From Chitinivibrionales bacterium (GTDB lineage Bacteria > Fibrobacterota > Chitinivibrionia > Chitinivibrionales > WJKA01), in contig JBBRUX010000062.1 of assembly GCA_038247415.1 (NCBI GenBank), forward strand, positions 1-18,061: 18,061 nucleotides of DNA. The letters run 5' to 3'. Of this stretch, positions 8,214-15,553 are shown one piece after another. A model generated the notes under the pieces. That model made no database searches, had not been told where the DNA came from, and worked only from the letters and a program-made list of their open reading frames with translations. A program made the translations under genes and the position numbers. How positions within the stretch are numbered: position 1 is the first letter of the stretch; the number at the start of each line of letters is the position of its first letter.

Positions 8214-9611
8214 TTAATAGTTGAAATAGCTGAGCGCATTTATGGAACACAGGGAGGATACCAATTCATCAAGCATTTTTTCGTCGTCCGGAAACAAACC
8301 AGCAGTAACCTGTTTGCCAATCCATCCACACAAGACCCTACGGAAAAGCTCGTGCCGGGGGAAAGAGAGAAGTGAGCGTGAATCGGTGGTCATGCCAATA
8401 AATTGCCCAAGAAGTCCGAGTTGACTTAGTGTATTGAGGTGGCGCTCCATCCCGCTGCACTGATCCATGAACCACCATGCGGGGCCCCACGAAATCTTGC
8501 CGGGAGATGACCCGTCTGCAAACGCACCAACAAGCGCCATTAACGCTTCGTTATCGCGGGGGTTGAGATTGTAAAGCACCGTTTTCGGCAGGGAGTTGAC
8601 AGTATCCAACGCATTGAGCAGCGATGCAAGCGGACGGATGATGTGCGCATCATCAATGATGTCCCCTCCTGCATCGGCGCCGGCAGCGCTATGGAGTCTT
8701 GTCCGGACATTGCGCAGGGCACCTGCGTGCAGTTGCCAGACCCAGCCTCGACGGTGATATTCCCGGCCAAGCTCCAGAAGAACTGCTGTCTGGAGGATTG
8801 ATCGCTCGCGCATGTCGATTGGTTGACCATCGGAAGCTTTTTTGAAAACCGGCCCAACAAGATCTCGGGCATTGTCGCAAAAAAGCGGCGGTTCGAGCGA
8901 ATGGTCGGCACACCGGCAGCCGGCTGCATCAAACGCATCCATTCTGTGCACGAGAGCTTCCATCAGCGTGTCAATGGATGAAATAGCGACATTAGCAGCA
9001 CTACCCAGTCGTTGCAACCACTCCTGATACAGCAGGGGTGCCGTAATGTTGAATGCCTTATCGGGGCGGAAAGTCGGCAACACCCTTATTTCAAAGTCGG
9101 ATTCACGCAAAACCGTATGATAACGTAGATCATCGCATGGGTCATCGGTCGTGCACAATACACTGACGTTCATTTTCCGCAGCAGATTCCGTGCAGAAAA
9201 ATCGGGAGCTTGCAAAAGGGAAGATGTGTGTTGATAAATATCAACGGCAGTCTCAGGCGTTAAAAGCGTTTCGATCCCGAAATATCGTTTCAATTCCAGA
9301 TGCGCCCAGAGGTACAGCGGATTGCCCTGCGCCTGCGCAAGGGTGTTTACCCATGCGGTGAATTTGTCGTTCCATTGCCCATTGCCCGTGCACAGCGACT
9401 CGTCAATACCGTTACTACGCATGGCACGCCATTTGTAATGATCGGCACCAAGCCAGACCTGGGCAAGATTATCAAAGCGGACATCCTCGGCAATTTCCCG
9501 CGCGCAAAGATGATTGTGGAAGTCAACAATCGGCCGCCCTTTTGCGCAGGAGTGGAACAGGTTCTGTGCCACGCTGGTTGACAGGAGAAAATCGTCGGAG
9601 AGAAAGCTCAT
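8214..9611 (-). CDS. uxaC: Uronate (glucuronate) isomerase
   Basis: MSFLSDDFLL, PIVDFHNHL, WLGADHYKWRAMR, GNPLYLWAHLELKRYFG, CTTDDP, PTFRPD, QLHAGALRN, GPAWWFMD, GMTTDSRSLLSFPRHELFRR. Start moved to ATG 9611 (AAAGGA 6 nt upstream), giving 465 aa. Confidence 0.95.
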   Translation of the reverse strand: MSFLSDDFLLSTSVAQNLFHSCAKGRPIVDFHNHLCAREIAEDVRFDNLAQVWLGADHYKWRAMRSNGIDESLCTGNGQWNDKFTAWVNTLAQAQGNPLYLWAHLELKRYFGIETLLTPETAVDIYQHTSSLLQAPDFSARNLLRKMNVSVLCTTDDPCDDLRYHTVLRESDFEIRVLPTFRPDKAFNITAPLLYQEWLQRLGSAANVAISSIDTLMEALVHRMDAFDAAGCRCADHSLEPPLFCDNARDLVGPVFKKASDGQPIDMRERSILQTAVLLELGREYHRRGWVWQLHAGALRNVRTRLHSAAGADAGGDIIDDAHIIRPLASLLNALDTVNSLPKTVLYNLNPRDNEALMALVGAFADGSSPGKISWGPAWWFMDQCSGMERHLNTLSQLGLLGQFIGMTTDSRSLLSFPRHELFRRVLCGWIGKQVTAGLFPDDEKMLDELVSSLCSINALSYFNY

Positions 9612-9654
9612 GGTAAATCCTTTGTTAACCGTCCAGTAACCCATTGCCTTTGCA

Positions 9655-10521
9655 TCAACAATCCGCAAGCAACTTTTCCATTCGATGGCCATACTCCACG
9701 AACGTATCAAACATTGCCTCTGCCGGAACCTTCATCGAATCATGCGCGACCACCGAGAGATGCGGTTCTATGGAAATGTAGCCGCTGTATCCCGACTTTT
9801 TCAGGTCGGCGCAAATTCTTCTCACCGATCCATCACCTTCGCCGGGGTAGGAATACTCCATTGCGCCGTTGACTATCCGACCATCTTTGATATGGACATG
9901 GGATATGTGATCTTTAACATTTTGATAAAAACCCCATGCGTCTTGATACCGAAACGGCTTCTCACCGCAAATATCTTTGCGAAAGACCGGATTGCCCGTA
10001 TCGAGGGCCAGCTTGAAATTGGGGGATGCAATTGCATCAATCAACCTAAGCGTGTGCTCATGCGACCGCCCACCCCAAGTGTCGCAATTTTCGTGGACAA
10101 GGGTAACCCCGCCATCTTCTGCGATACGTGTCAAGTGGCGCATGCGTTGAATCACCTCCGCGGTCACCTGCGGATCGTTGACACTCCCATCTTCGGGAAC
10201 TGAAAAACTCATCACCCGAATAAGGGTAGTGCCCAACCGGTGCATCCTGAGAATGGCGCGGTGCAGCTGAGCATAGCTGGATTCGGGAGCCGCGCTTAGA
10301 GGAGTTGCCCAATTGGCGATGGCGCTACCAAAGCAACAGATGCCAACATTGGCATCCTGAAGTTTTTGGCAGACACCATCGAAGGCGCTATCGTCAAGAT
10401 TTGTGAGGTTGATACCATCAATATTCCGGCACTCGATGGATGTCCACCCAAGGGCGGCCACGGCTCTCAGTTGACCATCGAGATCGGGCGCTGCTTCGTC
10501 GAAAAAACCGGTGAGCTGCAT
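9655..10521 (-). CDS. Sugar phosphate isomerase/epimerase family (xylose isomerase-like TIM barrel), substrate unknown
   Basis: 288 aa. LTGFFDE, LVHEN, ALDTGN, HVHIKD, PGEGDG and ISIEPH give the typical E/D/H/E metal ligand set. Confidence 0.85.
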   Translation of the reverse strand: MQLTGFFDEAAPDLDGQLRAVAALGWTSIECRNIDGINLTNLDDSAFDGVCQKLQDANVGICCFGSAIANWATPLSAAPESSYAQLHRAILRMHRLGTTLIRVMSFSVPEDGSVNDPQVTAEVIQRMRHLTRIAEDGGVTLVHENCDTWGGRSHEHTLRLIDAIASPNFKLALDTGNPVFRKDICGEKPFRYQDAWGFYQNVKDHISHVHIKDGRIVNGAMEYSYPGEGDGSVRRICADLKKSGYSGYISIEPHLSVVAHDSMKVPAEAMFDTFVEYGHRMEKLLADC

Positions 10522-10524
10522 TGT

Positions 10525-11682
10525 TTACACCTTTCCAAACGAGCCAACAGTGTTGACATGGATCACTTTGGAAACCTTCTTTTTTATCGTTGATGATGCA
10601 ATAAGCTTCTTGAGCATGGTTTCGTAGGTGCGGCCGTTGATGGGCAAATTAATCTTCTTCCCGGTTTTTGATGAGAGTACCATTGCGTTTGCAAGCTCTA
10701 CCGATCGGATTCCTTCTTCAGCCGCAGCAATAAGCGGGGTTCCTTTGAGTATTGCGTCAATAAAGTTTTGCAGCACTTCGGCATGTTGTCCGCCGTTGCC
10801 TGAAACCGAAATGTCAATTTCCCAGATTTCCGGCGCAGCAAATGGATTATCCGATGATTTGAGGAATTTTATCGATGATACACTATTGCGGGTAAAATGG
10901 ACCGTCCCGTTTTCCACTACCACTTTTCCACGTTCACCGCAGATTTCGAGGCGGTTGGTGCCAGGGGCTTCACCGGTAGAGGTGATAAAAATTCCTGTGG
11001 CGCCATTAGGATATTCTAAATAGGCTGTTACTTCGTCTTCAACTTCGATGTTATGCCACTTACCAAAATGACAAAAGGCAGTAACCGATGTGGGCATCCC
11101 GCACAGCCATTGCAACAAATCGATGTTATGCGGGGACTGGTTCATCAGCACTCCCCCGCCCTCACCCGCCCATGTGGCACGCCACGATCCGCTGGCGTAG
11201 TAGCATTCAGGCCGAAACCAATTGGTAATAATCCAATTGACACGAACGATTTCTCCCAGCTCCCCGTCCTCAATAAGTTTCTTGACTTTTGTGTAATGTG
11301 GGTCAGTGCGCTGATTGAACATAGCTGCGAAGACCTGTTTTTTGTTTTTGCGTGCAGCAATCAGGCGCAAACAGTCGGAAACGTGCACCGATAGGGGCTT
11401 TTCTACCAGAACGTGCAGCCCTGCAGCAAGAGCGTCGATGCCTATTGTCGTATGCGAATAATGGGGTGTAGCGATAAGCACTGCATCGATCTCACCGGAT
11501 CGTATCATATCTTTTGCATCGTAGAAAGCATGGCAGCCAATTTCTGCGGCCTGCGCATCGGCGCGGTCGTGGAGGATATCGCACACCGCCGTAATGGTCA
11601 TGTTTTTTATCTGACTGCGATAACGGATGTGATAGGTACCCATATTTCCCATGCCAACAATACCGAGTCTGACGGTGTCCAT
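10525..11682 (-). CDS. Gfo/Idh/MocA family NAD(P)-dependent oxidoreductase
   Basis: RLGIVGMGNMG, AVLIATPHYSH, HVLVEKP, WRATWAGEGGGVLMNQSPHNIDLL, EVEDE. Start set at ATG 11682 (AGGAGG 6 nt upstream), giving 385 aa. The frame is open up to ATG 11793. Confidence 0.92.
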   Translation of the reverse strand: MDTVRLGIVGMGNMGTYHIRYRSQIKNMTITAVCDILHDRADAQAAEIGCHAFYDAKDMIRSGEIDAVLIATPHYSHTTIGIDALAAGLHVLVEKPLSVHVSDCLRLIAARKNKKQVFAAMFNQRTDPHYTKVKKLIEDGELGEIVRVNWIITNWFRPECYYASGSWRATWAGEGGGVLMNQSPHNIDLLQWLCGMPTSVTAFCHFGKWHNIEVEDEVTAYLEYPNGATGIFITSTGEAPGTNRLEICGERGKVVVENGTVHFTRNSVSSIKFLKSSDNPFAAPEIWEIDISVSGNGGQHAEVLQNFIDAILKGTPLIAAAEEGIRSVELANAMVLSSKTGKKINLPINGRTYETMLKKLIASSTIKKKVSKVIHVNTVGSFGKV

Positions 11683-11821
11683 TGTGTCCCTCCTGTAAAT
11701 ATGTTTTTTCAACTGAGATGTTCCGCGAAATTGTATCAAACCAGCCACTTTATTGCCAGTCAGCCCCCGTTCCAAAGTAACGCCGAATTTCATGGGTTTC
11801 CTTTCATAAAGTTTTTAAAGG

Positions 11822-12591
11822 TCATGACAGCCCAAAGCGACGGGAAAGAAACTCATAGCTCATCGCAAGCGACGCGAGCGGATCGTTATTAACCCAGTGC
11901 GCATCCTGTTCCACGATGATCCATTTGGTTCCGCTCTCCTGCGCAGCCCCGAGGATCCCCTCCCAGTCAAGGTTTCCGCTTCCAATCTCCCTAAAACACG
12001 GAGCCCCGAATCATCAATCCCGTAATCCTTGACATGCAGAAGCGGCAGACGGTCTTTGAGCCGCCTGATCCACGCAACGGGATCCCCGCCCCCTGCCTGC
12101 ACCCAGTAGGTGTCAAGCTCCGATTGCAGGTTGCTCGCGACGGTCAGCTCATAAATCCATTCCAGGATCGGTTTGCTTTCGATCCTGCGAAACTCCAGCG
12201 CATGGTTATGATAGGCAAGGATGCATGATGCATCCCGCAATGCCTGTCCCGCGGCATTGAGCCGTTTGGCAAATTTCCTGACATCCCCCATGCTCATCAA
12301 AGGAATCGGCCCGGGATGCGGTACTGCAGTGGCGCAGCAGTGCAATGCACCAAGCCTGTCAATGACTTTCCGGGGATCATCAAGGATATCTGTCGTGCTT
12401 TCGTGGGTAATGCAGCACTCTATCCCCAGCGCCGTCAACCGCTCATGGATCTTTTCGAAGGGAACCGATGAAATCCCGGAGATCTGAACACCGGTGTATC
12501 CCATTGCCCTGATTGTTCCAAGAACATCCGCCAAAGACGCTTCGTCATGAATTAATGAACGCACGGTAAACATCTGCGCTGCTAGTTTCAT
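11822..12591 (-). pseudogene. Sugar phosphate isomerase/epimerase (TIM barrel) interrupted by a 1-nt frameshift near 11993-12007 (pseudogene or sequence error)
   Basis: The first frame gives MKLAAQMFTVR..AYHNHALEF..ELDTYWVQAGGGDP..LLHVKD and then loses family character. The -1 frame continues FREIGSGNLDWEGILGAAQESGTKWIIVEQDAHWVNNDPLASLAMSYEFLSRRFGLS to a TGA at 11824-11822, the expected family C-terminus. Restored length 256 aa. Confidence 0.85.
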
Positions 12592-12692
12592 AAGAGATCC
12601 ATTGTAAAAATATTTATTTTTTAGCCACTTTTATTTGTTCTTTCATTGTAATATATTAAAAATACCAAGAAAACAGTCAGACAACTCATGTG

Positions 12693-12725
12693 TTTTCTGG
12701 CCATAAACATTCTCTTTTCTGCCAT
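12693..12725. promoter_or_regulatory. Candidate AraC-family operator (imperfect tandem direct repeat)
   Basis: TTTTCTGGCCAT (12693-12704) and TTTTCTGCCAT (12715-12725), with GCCAT cores 21 bp apart, in the divergent intergenic region. Confidence 0.35.
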
Positions 12726-12730
12726 TGATC

Positions 12731-13567
12731 ATGAATAACCACATTTGCAAATACTTTGAGCCGATCTACAGCCACTCATATGAGCTCGAATCGTTCCAGC
12801 CTCCGCTTGTGGTGCAGGCCGCGTTATACTCACGATGGGGACCGGGCGACGGATTTGCTTTCCAGAAAAAAATGCACACATCTCTTAATCTCATTACTGC
12901 CGGAGATGCCAGATTCTCCCAAAATGGCAGGACTGGCATCGTTCACACAGGGGAGCTCTTTTTAGCGCACCAAGGGCAAAGCCAACAGTTGTCAACTGGT
13001 AACGCTGGATATCTGCATAAACGGAGCCTTGTTATTGACGGATGGATGGTGACCCCGCTGCTGGAGCGACTGGGGCTGACGGGAGTCGATGTGGTGCGGC
13101 CGGCCAATCCGGTGTATGTTGTCAACCTTTTAAGGAGGTCGCTTTCCTGCATCAAAGATAAAAAGGATGGATTTGCCCAGCAGACTTCACTCCTTTTATA
13201 CGAAATTCTCATGGAGCTTGGTCGAAGCATCGCGCATGAGCATCCTCCCTCGGTGCTGCATGCAATTAGCTTTGTCCAGAAAAACATTGCCCGGGAAATT
13301 ACTCTTGAAGCAATTGCCGCTTCGGTCAACCTCAGCGTTCGGCAATGTTGTCGGCTATTTCAGGCGTCGATGGGTTGTTCGCTGATGCAATTTGTTATTG
13401 GTCAACGGCTGGCCATTGCGCGGGATCTGCTCGCCAACTCATCCCTATCAATAAAAGAAATTGCAGGACGTGTAGGGTATGGCGACCCATTTCATTTCTC
13501 TATTCAATTCAAGCGCCGTTTCGGGGCTAGCCCAAAATTGTTCAGGGAGAGTTCACCCGACCGGTAA
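12731..13567 (+). CDS. AraC family transcriptional regulator, divergent from the sugar-acid operon
   Basis: C-terminal double HTH ITLEAIAASVNLSVRQCCRLF..SIKEIAGRVGYGDPFHFSIQFKRRFGASPKLFR and a cupin-like N-terminal region. ATG 12731 preferred over TTG 12725. Confidence 0.93.
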   Translation: MNNHICKYFEPIYSHSYELESFQPPLVVQAALYSRWGPGDGFAFQKKMHTSLNLITAGDARFSQNGRTGIVHTGELFLAHQGQSQQLSTGNAGYLHKRSLVIDGWMVTPLLERLGLTGVDVVRPANPVYVVNLLRRSLSCIKDKKDGFAQQTSLLLYEILMELGRSIAHEHPPSVLHAISFVQKNIAREITLEAIAASVNLSVRQCCRLFQASMGCSLMQFVIGQRLAIARDLLANSSLSIKEIAGRVGYGDPFHFSIQFKRRFGASPKLFRESSPDR

Positions 13568-13573
13568 GTAAAC

Positions 13574-13599
13574 AAAAAAAACGCCAGCATTGTACTGCG
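13574..13599 (-). terminator. Probable intrinsic terminator downstream of the serine hydrolase gene
   Basis: Minus strand CGCAGTA-CAA-TGCTGGCG (7 bp, one bulge, one G-U pair) followed by T8, between convergent genes. Confidence 0.5.
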
Positions 13600-13627
13600 C
13601 AATTAGTGATCTCTTCGCCAAGAAAAT

Positions 13628-14860
13628 TTACCTGAAAAACTGTTGGTTAAGAATAATTTTTCCATGATACACAAAAATACCATGGTTACACGAATTTGAA
13701 TTTTGCATCCGGCGACCATTCACGCTAAAAATCGTCCCCGAGGGCGTTAGTGGGTGTTTAACTTTATTCACTGCAACCACAGGAGAATGATTTATTTCAG
13801 TTGTCGCCATAACCGGATTAAGCCTTTTCCAGATCTCATCATTTAACGTAAAGGGAACCATCGAATTATTAGGGGCATCGCCCATTCGGATAAACACCAG
13901 ATTCATGCTGGGAACTACATTTATAAATTGTCCATTTTTCCCTAAGGCAGCAATCATATCTGCAGGCGCATTTGGCGCCAACGATCCAGGGATAATAAGT
14001 TGCGATTGAGGAATCATAAAAGAAGTTTTGCCATTAAGCCACCAAAGATATCCATACGATTTGTTTTTATCCTGCGATGGATTTGTCATGTGTCGAAAGT
14101 AGGAGGTGTCGACTATAATGGGCGTTGTATTCCAACTGCCTTTGTTAAGAATCAGTAACCCAAAACGTGCCATGCTGCGGGCAGAGCTTACATACAGATT
14201 GTTATAACCCGATTTAATAAACATCCCATTCATACCAATTTTAGTTCGTATTTTACTCGCAAAATAGGCATTAAACGTTTGTCCTGCTGCAATTGAAACC
14301 ACACTGTCAAGAAGCGTATACGGGGCATTATGATAGGCCCATCGAGTTCCTGCATCTGCGCTATACGAAAGACATGAAGGCATAGTACAATAAGGATCAA
14401 CTACTCCATCATCCAGCCCAGAGGTCATAGTAAGCTCGTGACGAATAGTAATTAGATCTTCTTTAACCAACGGAGCGATTGTCCATCCATTTCCTAGCCA
14501 TCTGGATGTTTTATCCGAAAGAGAAAGCAAACCTTCTTGTTGGGCTATCCCCACCATGCATGAGGTGATTGCTTTTCCTGCCGATGCCCAGTACCATAGA
14601 CTATCTTTTGTAAACGTATCGAAATATTTTTCCAGCACTATTGCTCCATCCTTAAGAACAATAAACGCCTTAGAATTGTGAGACGCAAGATAGTTATACA
14701 AGGTATCGAGTTGTTCTTCATGCCAGCCAAGTGTTGACGGAGCTGTGGTTTTCCATGTTGTATCTAATAGGGTAACGGGAGGGAAATATAAGGCAGCAGT
14801 AATTGTCCATGATGAAATGAACATAACCAAGGCGGTTTGTGCCATTCGAAAGTTTGACAT
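13628..14860 (-). CDS. Secreted serine hydrolase, beta-lactamase class C / penicillin-binding-protein-like fold, with a possible degenerate T9SS-type C-terminal tail
   Basis: 410 aa. Signal-peptide-like N-terminus; SxxK (WASAGK), LTMTSGL, YxN (WAYHN), SARSMARFGLL, YGYLWW and ALGKNGQ. AGGAG SD 5 nt before the ATG. Confidence 0.88.
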   Translation of the reverse strand: MSNFRMAQTALVMFISSWTITAALYFPPVTLLDTTWKTTAPSTLGWHEEQLDTLYNYLASHNSKAFIVLKDGAIVLEKYFDTFTKDSLWYWASAGKAITSCMVGIAQQEGLLSLSDKTSRWLGNGWTIAPLVKEDLITIRHELTMTSGLDDGVVDPYCTMPSCLSYSADAGTRWAYHNAPYTLLDSVVSIAAGQTFNAYFASKIRTKIGMNGMFIKSGYNNLYVSSARSMARFGLLILNKGSWNTTPIIVDTSYFRHMTNPSQDKNKSYGYLWWLNGKTSFMIPQSQLIIPGSLAPNAPADMIAALGKNGQFINVVPSMNLVFIRMGDAPNNSMVPFTLNDEIWKRLNPVMATTEINHSPVVAVNKVKHPLTPSGTIFSVNGRRMQNSNSCNHGIFVYHGKIILNQQFFR

Positions 14861-15052
14861 AAGAACTCCTGAAAATGTGTAAAAAATTTGTATATCTAAA
14901 AAATTCTTTCCCGAATATAATTCTAATTAATTCAAAATAAAGAATTATATATTTGTAAATTTACGCACGCTGCCTTTATAGTGCGAAGAGCATAGCTATC
15001 ATAAACAAGTGATTGTATCTGGAAAAACAATCGCCCGAAGCATTAAGACCTA

Positions 15053-15295
15053 TCATCTTACAATAATAACACGATGGCCACGCTTAAAATGCCAGTACCC
15101 ACCAATCCAGACATTCCGATGCTGCAAATGATTCCACCGGTAATGGCCCGCAACCCACACTGCGCCAGGATGCGGCCTTGCAGGAACGACTATGGTTGGA
15201 GCTGGAGGAGCCAAAAGGACTGGAGAGCAACCAATAAGATATGGAAGCACCGCTAATACTAATGCACCAAGATACATCTTCAATGATTTCCTCAT
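15053..15295 (-). CDS. Small lipoprotein with WxxGxW (YXWGXW) repeats
   Basis: 80 aa from ATG 15295 (GGAGG 5 nt upstream). Signal peptide with lipobox LIGC, Pro-rich APPAPTIVVPARPHPG, then repeats VWVAGHYRW and VWIGGYW. Confidence 0.85.
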   Translation of the reverse strand: MRKSLKMYLGALVLAVLPYLIGCSPVLLAPPAPTIVVPARPHPGAVWVAGHYRWNHLQHRNVWIGGYWHFKRGHRVIIVR

Positions 15296-15362
15296 AAAAA
15301 CCTCCACAGTTAAGCAAAAAAGAGGACATAATCGAACAACGATTTATTACGCTGAATAGAAT

Positions 15363-15379
15363 CGCAAGTGGCATGCCAA
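15363..15379 (-). promoter_or_regulatory. Sigma54 (RpoN) -24/-12 promoter upstream of the WxxGxW lipoprotein gene
   Basis: Minus strand TTGGCATGCCACTTGCG is GG-N10-GC, close to the consensus YTGGCACGNNNNTTGCW. About 70 nt upstream of the ATG and correctly oriented. Confidence 0.7.
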
Positions 15380-15511
15380 TGCAATCGAGCATTCTAAAAT
15401 AGGCGCACACTACGTTTTTAGGAAGAGATGCGAAAAAGAGCGGTGGGATTGGAGCACACACTGTACCATGTGGTACGAATAAACTTACAGGAAGAATTCT
15501 AGCAATGAACT

Positions 15512-15545
15512 TTGAGAATACTCCACTTTCGAAGAGTATTCTCAA
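15512..15545. repeat. Perfect 12-bp inverted repeat (stem-loop) just downstream of the glycoside hydrolase stop; possible terminator or mRNA-stabilising hairpin
   Basis: TTGAGAATACTC (15512-15523), 10-nt spacer, GAGTATTCTCAA (15534-15545). No clean U-tract on either side. Confidence 0.7.
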
Positions 15546-15553
15546 CAATTCTC

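Noticed and set aside
9612..9710. 33 aa N-terminal extension of uxaC in the ORF track
   Set aside because: It overlaps the upstream gene. The family N-terminus and a good SD point to ATG 9611.
11985..12007. Programmed -1 ribosomal frameshift at CGT GTT TTA GGG AGA
   Set aside because: Not a canonical X XXY YYZ heptamer, no clear stimulatory structure identified, and no precedent known to me in this family. Mutation or sequence error is simpler.
13628..14860. Antibiotic-resistance beta-lactamase call
   Set aside because: The SxxK/YxN fold is shared by many esterases and amidases, and the class C KTG triad is replaced by ALG. Resistance is unsupported.
14915..14950. 10-bp inverted repeat ATATAATTCT-N16-AGAATTATAT upstream of the serine hydrolase
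   Set aside because: It sits in a very AT-rich intergenic region where such matches arise easily, and no regulator can be linked to it.
15084..15548. 154 aa minus-strand ORF
   Set aside because: It overlaps the better-supported lipoprotein gene in another frame and spans the hairpin and sigma54 promoter. TTG start with no convincing SD.
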